A stretch of DNA of 64,000 bases, from assembly GCA_024679065.1 (NCBI GenBank), contig JAGIQG010000001.1, positions 101,246,001-101,310,000 on the forward strand, in the 5' to 3' direction. Positions 1-12,875 of the stretch are shown here, piece after piece. How positions within the stretch are numbered: the first letter of the stretch is position 1; the number at the start of each line of letters is the position of its first letter. The translations under genes were made by a program, and so were the position numbers. This stretch comes from Sphyrna mokarran. Taxonomy: Eukaryota. The notes beneath the pieces were generated by a model that worked only from the letters and a program-made list of their open reading frames with translations, was not told the origin of the DNA and searched no databases.

Positions 1-74
1 ACCCCTGCTCCAATTTTAACTTTATGTAGGGATAATATAGCTTTTGACTGAGATAAAATTCTTCCCATATTTCT

Positions 75-410
75 ACTTTTTTTATTTGTTCTTGGGATGT
101 GCGTCATGTTGGCAGACCTATGTTTATTACTGTTTTGATTCCATACTAATAGTTGTGTTGACCACTTCAAAGAAATTTACAACAAACCACCTAGGAGTCA
201 CTTATAGCTCGGGCTGGCAGATCTCCTTCCCTAAGTTATGTTGGTGAGCCAGTTTGGCAATCTGATTCTTTTTCTTGGTTATGTTTCTGATACCATCCCA
301 CAGATCATCAGATTTATTGAATTCAATTTCACAACTTGTATAGATAGGATTTCGATTCCTGACCTCTGGATTGCAAGCCCACTATCGTGACAATGAGGCC
401 ACAGTGCATC
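75..410 (-). mobile_element. Decayed tRNA-headed Deu-type SINE (SacSINE1-like)
   Basis: agatttattgaattcaatttc...ggatttcgattcc block shared with 10750-10945; L2-group-like tail at the left end. Confidence 0.5.
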
Positions 411-2271
411 ACTGTTTCATTTAACCCCTTCGGTTCCTAGCAGATCCAGTTCTCTTTATTCTGTGCCCAGGTGGCAATCTGGTTGGCAGAGTGAATGGCT
501 AACTGACCTTTCACTATTAGAAACTCTGTCCAAATCTCCCTTTTATCAGCTGGATGTAAGAGTCTTGTGTGCAGTGGATTTGGGGCAATCTGTGAGGTCA
601 TAGGGTTAAAAAAAAGCTCACTCTGCTATACTATGGGGTGCTGTTCCAAGTTTGGAGCACAAGCATTTTGTTGATGCAAAACAGGGATTGTAGCAAGATT
701 TGATTGATAACACTGAAGCCTTTGCCTGGATATAGTTGCCATGTTTCCAGAGGCCCAAGAAACACAGCTGTAACAGTTAAGTTTGAAAAGTTGGGTTGCC
801 ACGAGGCACGCAGCCTCGTTCTAAAACTTAGTGTTAACTTACCTCCTTGGAAAATAGGTTGGTTGCCTACTCTTTGCCAGATCCAGTCATTTGGTTTTTT
901 ACTGTTAGAATTCCATCTCAAGTGTCTGAAATGGAAAGATTTCCGCTTTCTGGTTCGAAAGTGTCTCTCCATGATGAGCACAATAATCTGAAACTATTGA
1001 TTTTATAAAACTCAAACCTGAAATTCCACATATTTGCACCCACATGTGACTCTTTAAGGTGTTCTTCCTCAACAAATCAGGAAAGAGACTTTTGAACAAA
1101 TATAATTAACTCCAGGCCCTGGAGTCTGACAGTACCCAGAGAAGTAAACCTGCCGACAGTCTGAGAGAGTTAAGAAAGAAAGGCCTTTGTGAGTTTGGAG
1201 ATATCTGACCCAGAGTAATAATTTGGCTTAATTGAATACAACATGTTTTTTGTTGTAAAATGAAAGAAAGGTTTGGGATCATGAGAAACTCTAACCTCCC
1301 CCACTCCGTCTTTTTTCCAATATTCTGTAAAACTACCGTGTATCTTGAAACATAATTTAATAAATTCATCACAAAAATTTCAGCCATTTATGATTTTTGT
1401 AGTTTCATGAAAATCAGCATAGAGAGCAATGGAATCAAAGGGAGGGTGTTACATGTGAGATGGCAGACATGTATGAAATGTATACGTTGGTCTGAAATCA
1501 GTACACACGCATGACTGATGAAGCTGAGATTTTCTGCTGGATAAAAAAAAAATAACCATTAACATATTTTTGGTGTGCCGATTGTGTATGAGTGACTAGA
1601 CTGTGGGTGACAAATAACACGTGCTTCTGCCTTCAGACGAGCAGGAAAAAATAAAATTGAAAGCATAAAATTTCAAAATTTAAGATAATGTTTTACATTG
1701 CATGCATGCAGTTCACCTGGGTCTAGAAAAACGAGAGCAATTTATACACAAGATAAAATCACGGATGGAATGCTAATGACATCATAACCGTCAGAAGCAA
1801 AACATAATGATTTGTGAAGTCACCTGAACTATAAATTTGTGTGGTAATTCTAAATATATTCTGATTTGTTTTATATTTTCATGTAAGACTTGGTAATTGC
1901 TATGACCCATCCATCAGTATTCTTCCTCTTGATTTATATGTTAAATGTGTCAGTGATTGGTAATTTACTCATTCTACATTTAAGCCACTGGGACATTGGA
2001 GAAGAGAGGGATAGAATTTCCAAGATGATGAGGAGGGCAATGTTGGGGTTGGAGTAGTCGTGCTTACAAGGAAACAATCGAACTGAAATTGTTGAATCTT
2101 TTTCCTGTTGGGGATGCAAAGTCATGTCAACAAAAAATAAAATCTGAAATACGAGAATCCTCCTCTTGTCCGCTCCCATCTGCAATCCCATTCCTGAAAA
2201 GATTTTTACCTGTGGAAAACAAAGTGACCTCCTCATAAGAACTTGTTGTATTTTCTGTTGTATTTTGTTAA

Positions 2272-2320
2272 CGCAGTAAGAAGTCTCATTATAGCTGGTT
2301 AAAGTCCAACAGGTTTATTT
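2272..2320 (-). mobile_element. Short fragment of the Penelope-like repeat family at 61745-61878
   Basis: cagtaagaagtctc...aagtccaacaggtttatt shared with 61779-61823. Confidence 0.55.
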
Positions 2321-2702
2321 GTTCTGAAATATTTTGTTAAGGCAGGGAGCTTGTAATTGTTGGTGTAACCCGTGTAAATTACATTGATCAGTCATAAGTA
2401 TCAATTACAAACAGTACTGGCTGCAAAGCTAAACTCTGGGGGAGGATCCCATACACACCATCCTCCAACCTTTGCAATCCAACATAATTCTTCTAACAAG
2501 TACCTCATGTTTTTAGCACTTGACCAGTTTCTTGCCAATTCCAAGATTGCACCAAGTCCCCACAGCTTTGAGCCTAATTCATAAAATTTTGTGTTTTGCC
2601 TTGTCAGTTGATCTTTGGAAGTCTTGTTACCCAATGTTCTATGATTTTCCCATAGTTCACTAGGGTTGCCACTTGCTCACAGAAGTAAAGTAGTTAGAAC
2701 AT

Positions 2703-2948
2703 GTGGTGACTGTAGTTAGTACTGTTACCTTACAGTGTCAGGGTCTCGGGACACTGTCTGTGTGGAGCTTGCACATTCTCCCCATGTCTCCTTCAGTTTC
2801 CTCCCACAGTCTAAGGAAGTGCAGGTTGGGTTGCTTAGTGTCAGAGTAAATACATGAGGTTACAGAACTAGGACCTGGGAGGAACTGTTGTCAGTGCAGA
2901 TGTGATGGGCCAAAGGTCTCTTTCTGCACTGTAGGGATTCTATGATTT
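2703..2948 (+). mobile_element. HE1-like V-SINE with CR1/HER1-type tail, decayed
   Basis: Degenerate tRNA head, V-domain tgtctgtgtggagcttgcacattctcccc, tail gggccaaagg...ctgcactgtagggattctatgatt. Confidence 0.85.
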
Positions 2949-2979
2949 TATAACTCTGGGATTCATCAGATGGAAACAC

Positions 2980-4090
2980 TTGATTTGATTTATTAGTGTC
3001 ACATGTATTAGTACATGGTGAAAAGTATTGTTTCTTGCATGCTATACAGACAAAACATACTGTTCATAAGGAAGGAAAGGAGAGAGTGCAGAATGTAGTG
3101 TTACAGTCATAGCTAGGGTGTAAAGAAAGATCAACTTAATGTGAGGTAGGTCCATTCCAAAATTTGACAGCAGCAGGGAAGAAGCTGTTTTTGAGTTGGT
3201 TGATGTGTGAATTCAGACTTTTGTATCTTTTTCCTAACAGAACAAGATGGAACAGAGTATGTCCAGAGTTTGTGGGGTCCTTGATTATGCTAGCTGTTTT
3301 TCTGAGGCAAAGTGTAGAAGGAGTCAGTGGATGGGAGACTGGTTTGCATGTTAGACTGGCTACGTTCACAACTCTTATTGGTTTCTTGTGGTCTTGATCA
3401 GAACAGGAACCATGCCAAGCTGTAACACATCCAGAAATGTTGCTTTCAATGATGCATCTGCAAAAATTGGTGAAAGTTGTAGCAGATATGTAAATTTCTT
3501 TCACTCTCTGAGAAAATAGAGGCATTGGTGAGCTTTCTTAACTATAATTTTAGCATGGAGGGATTAGGCCAGATTGTCAGTGATCTGGACATCTAGGAAC
3601 TTGCAGCTCTTGACCATTTCTACCTCATCACGGTTGATGTAGACAAGGGCATGTCCTCCACTATGCTTCCTGAAGTTGATGACTATCTCCTTCCTTTTAC
3701 TGAGGGAGAGATTATTGTTGTCACACTACTTCACCAGATTCTGTATCTCTATCTTCTACTCCATCTCATCATTGTTTAAAATCTGACTCACTATGGTGAT
3801 GTCATTGGCAAACTTGAAAATCGAATTGGCCACACAGTCATAAGCGTATAAGGAGTATAGTAAGGGGCTGAAGACACAGCCTTGCACTGGTTTTGATAAT
3901 TGTGGAGAAGATGTTGTTTCCTGTCTTTGCTATTTGTCATCTGTGGATTAAGAGGTCCAGGATCCAGTTGCCGAGGGAGGAGCCACGCCCTAGGCCATGG
4001 AGTTTGAAGATGGGTTTTGTAGAATGGTATCTGCTGTTGACCTGTAGCAGTGATAGGCGAAATATAGTGGATCAGGTAATCTGGAACATC
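2980..4090 (-). mobile_element. Rex1/Babar-type non-LTR retrotransposon, 5'-truncated, decayed
   Basis: ORF 3136..3525(-) has RCIIESNISGCVTAWHG...CLRKTASIIKDP...KNSFFPAA (Rex1 RT C-terminus); 3' end tgtgacactaataaatcaaatca. Confidence 0.85.
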
Positions 4091-5589
4091 CAGTCAATGT
4101 CCTTTTTGATTGCTGGTTGCTAGGTTATTGTTCTACAGGTTATCCTGAAATTTCCTGTTGATTATAGCTATCATTTTTCATCCTTAAAATAACTCTAATG
4201 AGTCTGTGTTTGCTCGTGACTCTAATATGGTATCACATTATCCTGTATCCAGTCTACTGTTGAGTTCCCTCGTCTATGGTTCCCTTGAACTGATTGATGT
4301 GAAATCTGTCATTCCTCTGTATCTGATGTATCCCTGAAGACTGATTTATTTTTCATTCTGTTAAGCTGCCCAGAACTTCCATCTTTGTTGTGTTAACATA
4401 ATTTTGCTTTAAGTATCTCCGTTTTGGAAAGATATTTCTTATGAATTCCCTGGTAAATGTTTGATGTGTGATGAAACTGCCTTTAAAAAACATTGAGGGA
4501 AGCAGCACCTTGTTATACCATCACAGAACAATGTGCGACCATTCTCATGATGGGAAAAGAGGGTGAAACTACAAAAATGCCTTACAAAAGAAATTGTTAA
4601 TTCAGAGCATTCTTAGCCAGCAGTTTCTGTTGGTGAACTGCAGACCCACAATTACCATTATTTTCACTTTTGAATGCTAATCATGGTTGGGCACTGAGTG
4701 TTTATTCTGATACATGTACTGGCCAACAGGATTTCAATCAAAGTTCTGGTAGTGATCTGTGTGCCTATGTTTTAATGTAGCATAGGTTCACTGTGACAGG
4801 TTTGAGTGTTTTCATGTTGAATGTGAATCAAGACCTTCGATTCTATCCTTATACATTTGTCGACATTAACCTCTGCTTATGTGCAGCTTATTCCTGTATG
4901 TCAGGGAGCAAAAAGCTATCTACGTATCATTGATATTGGCATCCTGTATGTATGATGCATGTCCAAGCAGTGGTAAACTCAACCATAACTAGGAACATAG
5001 CATTAAAATAAATTGTGTTTACTTTGAGATTTTAGGTTAAGTAAAACCACAACAAGCATGTGGAATATGAACTTTATCTTTAGTATTGATGCAACAAATG
5101 CTTACTGACCTGAGAATGTGATTGGTTTGCGCATTCTAACTGTCTGCTCAGAGCTGTGCTCGGGTGACCAATTTCAGTCTGTAGTTAAGCAGATATCTCT
5201 TGCTTGGGAGAACTCCAGGGCAGTACGCAGGAGTTTCTTGCATGAAATTTGTGTGTATGTGCCAGCCTACATGTGTGTATGAAGAATGTTACAATTGAAT
5301 TGATCCCCAAAATGTTAGTTTGTTGCATTGCATCTCAGTTCCTGCAGACAAATTGCTGCTCTTGCCTCAGGTAGAGACAGGGATGGGGGGAGTCAGCAGT
5401 GCCTCGAACCCCAGAGTATTTCACAACCAATAGTTGCTACCTGCAGTAATGCATTGGCAGAGGCCGTTCAGGTTCTGAGGATTGCTTTTCTCTTCTGTCA
5501 GCCAGGACATGCTTTGGCAGCCTCCTGGTTATTAAACCAAGAAACTGGATTGGAAAATTTTCTTTTAAAAACTAAGCGGGCCATTTTCA

Positions 5590-5935
5590 GTAACTTAATT
5601 TCATACAGATTTCCTGTTGAGGAAGAATGTGGGACTAGGGGGCCACTACTTCAAGATAAGGAATGGCTCATTTTGGACAGAGTTGCAGAGAATCTTTTTT
5701 CTTTTGAGGGCTGAGTCTCTTTGGAACTCTCTTCTTAAAAGGTGATAGAAACAAAGTCTTGGAAATATTTTTAAGGCACAAGTGGATAGATTTTTGGTAA
5801 GCAAGGGGATAAAAGCTTATCGGGGTCAGCTGGAATGTGGAGTTGAGGTTGAAGTCAAATCAGCCATGATCTGATTGAATGATGGAGCAAGCTTGAGGGC
5901 TCAAGTGGCTTACACTTTTTCTAATTTGTATATTG
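5590..5935 (+). mobile_element. CR1-type LINE 3' fragment
   Basis: ggactaggggcca..., tggatagattttt..., cagccatgatctgattgaatgatggagca CR1 3' motifs. Confidence 0.75.
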
Positions 5936-6419
5936 GCCTCGATATAGAAAATTATGTTTTCAAATGTTAATTTAACGTTTTGTATAACAGGACAGTGGAT
6001 TCAATAGCCAAGTGACCTTTTCTTATTTACTTTGTCTTTTTTTGTGAATATGGGATCTGGAAACTGTATCTGATCTGAGAAGAACATCCCACAGTGCAAT
6101 ATTTTGGATATTTCTATTCCGGGTGCAATGCAGTTATTAGAGTAGTGAATATATTTGATCCTCAGACATTCAGGAAATACTTACTGAAACACGTGATATA
6201 ATAATTGACGTATGCCTAAAGACCCAAACAGTCTGCAGTGGGTAATTGTAGATTGGAGCTGCACTGTTTAATTAGCTTGGTATCTTATTGTTAAGTTTCA
6301 CAGATGTTAGAGTGTGCTTGTAAATACACTATGATTATTTAATGTAGTAAGAAATGAAAGCCCTTAGATGAAAGTAGTGAGGCCAGTAGGTGACTGATGT
6401 GCATAATGTACCCCCACTT

Positions 6420-6655
6420 GCAAGTCTGTCTCCAAGTCACACACCATCCAGACTTGGGACTATATCTCAGTTCCTTCACAATTGCTGGGTCAAAATCCTG
6501 GAACTTCCTGCCAAACAGCACCATGGTTGTGTCTACACCACGTAAACTGCAGCAGTTCAAAATGTTGGTTTACCATCACTTCTCGAGGGCAATTAGGGAT
6601 GGGCAATAAAAGTGCTGGCCAGCCAATGACATCCACATCCCATGAAATAATTTTT
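6420..6655 (+). mobile_element. 3' fragment of L2/CR1-group LINE (same family as 8660-10745)
   Basis: Tail cacttctcgagggcaattagggatgggcaataaa...cccatgaa shared with 10660-10740. Confidence 0.8.
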
Positions 6656-8659
6656 AAAACTGTGTGCAAGATGTTATGTTGAGAAGCATAGAAAATGTGT
6701 CAGAAGAAGTTTTGAATTTATATTGACATAAGTAGAATTTTGGGTTCGTGTACCATTGAGATTGATCTCTTTTTTTTTAATGCCAGTTTAGGGAATGCAC
6801 TTTTGATCATACGTGATGGCAATTAGATCTTGGGCTGAATCTGATTTCTGCAGGTATAACAAAAAACACATTAGTCAGTCAAAGCCAATTGGACTAAAAT
6901 GTGAAAAAGCTACTAGAAGGTTGAAATTATGTTGGAATTTTCTTATATTTAGCTCAATATTATCAGCAAGGAGGGTGCTTGAGCCGACATAGACAGGCAT
7001 TCTAGTCTAAGCAAAAAAATGACATTCCATTTCAGCTATATAAGGCAAGGAAAATATCTCTGGCTTGTTCATGTGCTGTTCCGTTTGCTGTTAATGGCCT
7101 GGAAGTGAATTGCAACGAATTAATGTAGGAGAGAGAAGACAGTGAATACTGTAATAGAATGTGGATAACAAGATAAAATGCGCTGAATGTAATCTGTATC
7201 TTGTAAATAAATAAGCAGATACATGGGTAACATGAATACCAAATTGTTTGGAGGAACATGTTTTTAGTTAGTTAACTTTATTTGTGCAGAACTTGTTAAT
7301 ACTTGAGGCATGTGTTATGCATGTTCCTTTTCATACTGATTATGATATATAGTGACGTGTTGAAAAGGCTTGTTAAAACATTTTTTTTTAATAAGTGCCT
7401 ACTTTATCCTGATAAAAATACAGAAGCACTTGATATATAATGAGTGATTTGCACATTTAGACCTTGCTTGTGTTCTAAGTCCTTCTCTATGTTCTGATGA
7501 TGTGAGCAAAAGAACTTGAATGTTGAACTGTCATTTCAGGTTAATGGCCACATCACTCAAAACTAGCAGAATCAAAATGTGACAAGAAAAAATGATAAAA
7601 ACATACATTAACCTTGAGCCCTTAGCTTTATGAGATACTTTTTCTCTTTTAAAGCTAAGATGGTAAAGGGAAATGGTTAATGTACATTTATCACAATGCC
7701 TTTTTAATTATACAATGCAAATATTAACACTAGATCATTTAGTCCATTTTATGAATCTCTTTTGTCTATTTTTAACTAAAATATTAACCTGCTTATGTGG
7801 CAGATATGAGCCTCATAGAAAATCATTAAGCATTTGCATACTCATATTTATGTTCTGTAATTTTGAGGTCTATGAATAATTGGACGTTGCACTCTACAAG
7901 TGACTTGATTAACCGCATGATGAGCGTTTTGTTACCAGATGGTTCCCAATGGCAGCTTTATAATGTGTGAAGAGTCTTCCAAATTCAAAGAGATTTTTCT
8001 TTGCTTATTGAATTTTTACTTTGATCAGAATTAATGTTTTGGTATATTTAATGGCAATTTTGAAGGGAGGGTGGATGCAGTACATAGGAGTCCCAAGTGA
8101 GGCAGTGAACCCAGCAACATGATGACAAGGTTAATCTTAATGAGCAGACCTCATTGCCTCAGGTTTTTTCACTGGTCCATAAAAACCTGACTCGATCCAC
8201 TCACTGGTTAAAGGTTAGAAGTGGTGATTTGGTAGCTGAATACCTAGGTAAACGACACAGGGCTCTGGCTCGAATCAGTAGTGATTAATTCAACTGTCTG
8301 CAGCAAATTATTAAGATATTATTTCAAGACATGCATGCAATTTCTATATAAGCAGTGAACAGTGAAAATTCTCCAACTATCACTTTATATAAAGAACTCC
8401 ACTGTCAGTGTATGCTGCCCTGGAGTGGGACGAGATGCATCTGCTTAATTACAATGAAGAAAACTGCAACTTGGTCATTTGAACAGACATACTAGAGCTA
8501 CGAAGGCTTGTATTCCTGTTCTCCTGGGTCACAGAGAACCCTCAACTTATATTTAATGACTTAGAGCTTGGACCTCATCTGATTCATAGTCCAGCTCTCA
8601 GCAAGTCTGGCCTGGCAGAGAAATGATTAATGTTCCCCCATCAACTGTCAGTAAACATT

Positions 8660-10745
8660 TCAAACTGATCTAACAACTCAAGATAGGGCATTCAAGAGGC
8701 ACTTTGGACCATCAGCAGCAGTGGATTCGCATACAACCACAGTCTGTAACCTCCTGGCCTGACATGCCTCTTACTCTGCCATTATCACCAAGTTGGGAGA
8801 TCAGCCTTAGTTCAACATAGAGTGCAGCAAGGCATGCCAAGAGCAACATCCTGCAAAATTAAAAATGAGATGTCAGCTTTGTGAGGCTACAACACAGGAC
8901 TACTTGCATGCAAAACCACATAAGCAGCAAGTAGTAGATCAAGTTAAGCAATTCCACTATCAGCGGATCAGATCTAAGCTCTGCAATCCAGATACGTCCA
9001 GTCATGAGTGGTGGTGGACAATTAAACAGCTCACTGGAGGAGGAGGCTTCACAAATATCTCCACCCTGAATGATGGAGGAGTCCAGCACACCGGTGCAAA
9101 AGATAAAGTTGAAGAATTGCAACAATCTTCAGCCTGAATTGCTGAGTGGATGTTCCTCCAGAGATCCCCAGCATCACAAGATATCAGTCTTCAGCCAATT
9201 CAGTTCACTTCACATGATAACAAGAAACAGCTGAAGCACTGGGTATTATAAAGGTTTTGGGCCCTGGTAACATTCTGGCAATGGATCTGTGCTCCAGAAC
9301 TTGCTGCGCTCCTAGCCCAGCTGTTTCTGTGCAGCTACATCACTGGCATCTGTGCAGCAATGTGGAAAGTTATCTAGCTACATACTGTATACAAGTCACA
9401 GGACAAATTCAACCTGGCCAATTACCGCCCATTAGTCTATTCTCAATCATTCATACAATGATGGAAATACTATCAAGCTGCACTTCTTAAGCAATAACCA
9501 GCTCACAGATGGTCAGTTTGGGTTCTGTCCGGGTCACTCAGTTCCTGACCTCATTATAGCCTTGGTTCAAACATGGACAAAAGAGTTGAATGCCAGAGAT
9601 GAGGTGAAAGTGACCATATTTGACCAACTGTGGTATACAGGCATAGCTTCACTCTTGGGTATGAATTCTTTACTAAGAAGGAGCCCTAGCAAAACTGGAG
9701 TCTTTGGGAATCAGTGGGAAATTCCCTGCTGGTTGGAGTTGTGCGTGGCACAAAAGATGATTCTTTTGGTTGGCGGTCAGACATTTCAGCTCCATGACAT
9801 TGTTGCAGAGTTCCTCATGGTAAAATCCTAGACCAAAATGCCTTTAGCTGCTTCATCAATGACCTTCCTTCCATCATAAGGTCAGAAGTGCAGATGACTG
9901 AACAATATTCAGCACCATTCATGACTTCTCAGATACTGAAGCATTCAAGTTCAAATGCAGCAAGACTTGGATAGTATCTAGGCTTGTGCTGACAAGGGGC
10001 AAGTAACATTTGCACCACACAAGGGCCAAGCAATAACCATCTTCAACAAGAGAGGATCTAACCATTGCCCCTTGGCATTCAATGACATCACCATTGCTGA
10101 ACCCCCCACCGTCAACATCCTGGGGTTACTATTGACTAGAACTGGACTGGTCATATAAATACTGTGGCTACCACAGCAGATCAAAGGCTAGGAATCCTGT
10201 GGCAAATAGCTCATCTCCTGATTCCTCACAGCCTGTTCACAAATCAGGAACATGATGGAATACTCTTGTCTGAATGTGTGCAGCTCCAACAACACTGAAG
10301 AAGCTCACTGCCATCAAGAACAAAGCCTGTTTGATTGCTACTCCTTTCACAAACATTCAGTCCTTCCACTGCCAACGAACAGTGGCAGCTGTGTTGCCAT
10401 TTACAAGATACATTGCTGGAACTCGCCAAGTTTCATTAGGTAGCAGCTTCCAAAATCATGACCACGATCACCTAGAAGGACAAGAGCATCAGATACCTGG
10501 GAACATCAGTTGGAGATTCCCCTCAATATCACTCACCATACTGACTTGGGAATCTTTGTCTTTTTTTGCAGTTGCTGGGTTCAAACTCTGCATTCCCTCT
10601 CTAATGATATTGTGGGTCAACCCAAAGCATGTGGCTGCAACAATTCAACAAGGTAGCTCACCATCACCTTCACGAGGGCAACTAGGAATGGGCGATAAAT
10701 GCTGGTCAGTCATGACCTCCATGACCCATGATTGAATAAACAAAA
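8660..10745 (+). mobile_element. L2/CR1-group non-LTR retrotransposon, decayed ORF2 (RT) with 3' tail
   Basis: Broken RT motifs (gccaattaccgccccattagtcta = ANYRPISL; cagtttgggttc = QFGF; ttcatcaatgacctt = FINDL) and 3' tail ending gaataaacaaaa. Confidence 0.85.
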
Positions 10746-10749
10746 TGCT

Positions 10750-10945
10750 AGCCAGATCAAGTAAAGATTTCCACTCCTAAAGGACATCAATGAACTAGAT
10801 GAGTTTTTACAAATCATGGTTTCACGGTCATCATTACATTTTAAGTTCCAGATTTTTATTGAATTCAAATTCAATTGTCAACCATGATAGGATTTGAACC
10901 CCAGGGTCTCCAGATTAATCATTCATCAACAATACCACTAACCCA
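10750..10945 (-). mobile_element. Deu-type SINE (SacSINE1-like), 5' part
   Basis: Reverse B-box ggatttgaaccc; ccagatttttattgaattcaaattc core. Confidence 0.65.
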
Positions 10946-11039
10946 CATTCTCCCCCTCCATAAAAAGGAGAAGCTGTCTTCCGTACATTTTCTTGACTCT
11001 TCTTGACATATCCATTTCTGAGCACAACATTCATTTTTG

Positions 11040-11455
11040 TAAGAAGCCTAATGACCCCCATTATTACCTCAGCACTACCTCTCTGGATTCTTTCGTTGAA
11101 TTATCAGCCTGCTTATCTGACAACGCTAGATGAGCAGAGATTTTCTTCACTTAAATATTGGGAAGACTGAAACTATTTGTTTTCAGACTCTACTCCAAAC
11201 TCTGTACATTTGGTACTGACTCCAATACTCTCCCTGGTAACTGTCTGAGACTAAACTAGATTGTTCACAATCCTGGTGTCATATTTGATGCTGAGTTGAA
11301 ATTCTGACACACGTTCATGGCACCATCAAGATTGCCTATTTACACCATTGTAACATCACCTGACTTCATCCTCGTTTCAGTTCATCTGCTACTGAAATCC
11401 GCATCCATGCTTTTGTTACCTCTTGTTTTCAGTATTCCAGCACGCTGCTGGCTTT
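11040..11455 (+). mobile_element. Old L2 LINE RT fragment
   Basis: cttaaatattgggaagactgaa (LNIGKTE), ggtgtcatatttgat (GVIFD), catgcttttgttacctct (HAFVTS). Confidence 0.75.
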
Positions 11456-12588
11456 AAGACAAATTATGTACTTTTAACGTGAATTACACTTGAACCGTAC
11501 TAACAAGAATAATCAATTGGCAACTGTACACAGATCAGAGCATGATCTGCTTGAGTTGTCAGTCAGAATTTGTTGCCTGGGATGCTGATGAATCAAAGAG
11601 AAAGGAAACATGCAAGCAACCTTTTACATTTTGTGTAGGTAAACTATTTAAATGCAACCTAAAATTAAAGTCAACAGAAGAAGTTGGGAGGAATGGAATG
11701 TTGTCAATAATGCACTGAACTCCATTGCCACTTTCCACTATGGTCCTGACCACGTCTGCTGATTAAGTTTTAGGCATTAGTTTAAACTGGGGGTCAATCC
11801 CTTGTTGCTGCATTAATCAGCAGATTAATGACACTGTCAGTGTCGCTTGTCTACAACTAAATACACAGGTACTAGTGTAGAAATCCAGAGTATAAAGAGG
11901 ATTTTAAGTTTAACTTTTTAAATTTTGAATACACGTTATATACTCTCCAAAAAGAAACTATTTAAATTAACAAAGGATGTGCCAAGAGGAAAGACTTTTC
12001 AAAGCTATCATTTTTACTAGAGTCAGTGTGTGTAAAATCATGGCATGCTGCTCTATTAAATTTGATGTGGGGATGCACTTTATTAAGGGACACTTCAAAT
12101 TTCTTTAAACTTTTTTTTATGTGGTGGTGGTTTTTGTTTTAAGAATTAGAACCTCTTAAACCTTGTATATTTTATGTCTGTTGCCTGCCTTGAAATCCAA
12201 TAATGCAAGAAATGCATCTAACAATCAGCCAGGAATTAACAAAGGGAACATGTGTAATTGATTTCAGCGGGTGAGTGGTGCCAGTTTGCAAATGAACTGG
12301 AAATGTCTGCTGCATTTCCCTAACTGTAAAGAACTGCATTTCTTATGTGTTTACTTTATAAAAACTAGAACACCACAAATGATTTAGTCCTATGATTTAG
12401 ATTTCTTAATATTTTCCCCTTCTTTGTGGGACAATTTTTACAACAGTTTTGTAATCAAACCAATGTTAACACTGCTGCATGGTTTTGTTTAGTAAATTAT
12501 TTCCAAGGTTTCTGAAGTATTTTGTTGCTCAATAGTATGAGAATAAAGGTCTTGAATGTCAAGGTTTGTGGTAGATGGACCAGTACAA

Positions 12589-12875
12589 TGGCACAGTGGT
12601 TAGCACTGCTGCCTCACAGTGCCAGGACGCAGGTTCAATCCTGGCTTGGGTTACTGTCTTTGCAGAGTCTGCACGTTCTCCCTGTGTCAGTGTGGCTTTC
12701 GTCTGGGTGCTCCGGTTTCCTCCCACGGCCCAAATGATGTGCAGGTTAGGTGCATTGGCCGTGATAAATTTTTCTGCGGTGTAGCTGAACAGGTACCAGA
12801 GTGTGATTTTCCACAGTAACTTCATTGCAGTGTTAAGGTAAGCCTGCTTATGACACTGATAAATAGACTTAAACT
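12589..12875 (+). mobile_element. V-SINE variant: tRNA head + V-domain + non-CR1 (Rex1-like) tail
   Basis: A-box tggcacagtgg, B-box ggttcaatcc, V-domain gtgctccggtttcctcccac, tail ttccacagtaacttcattgcagtg...tgacactgataaat. Confidence 0.85.
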
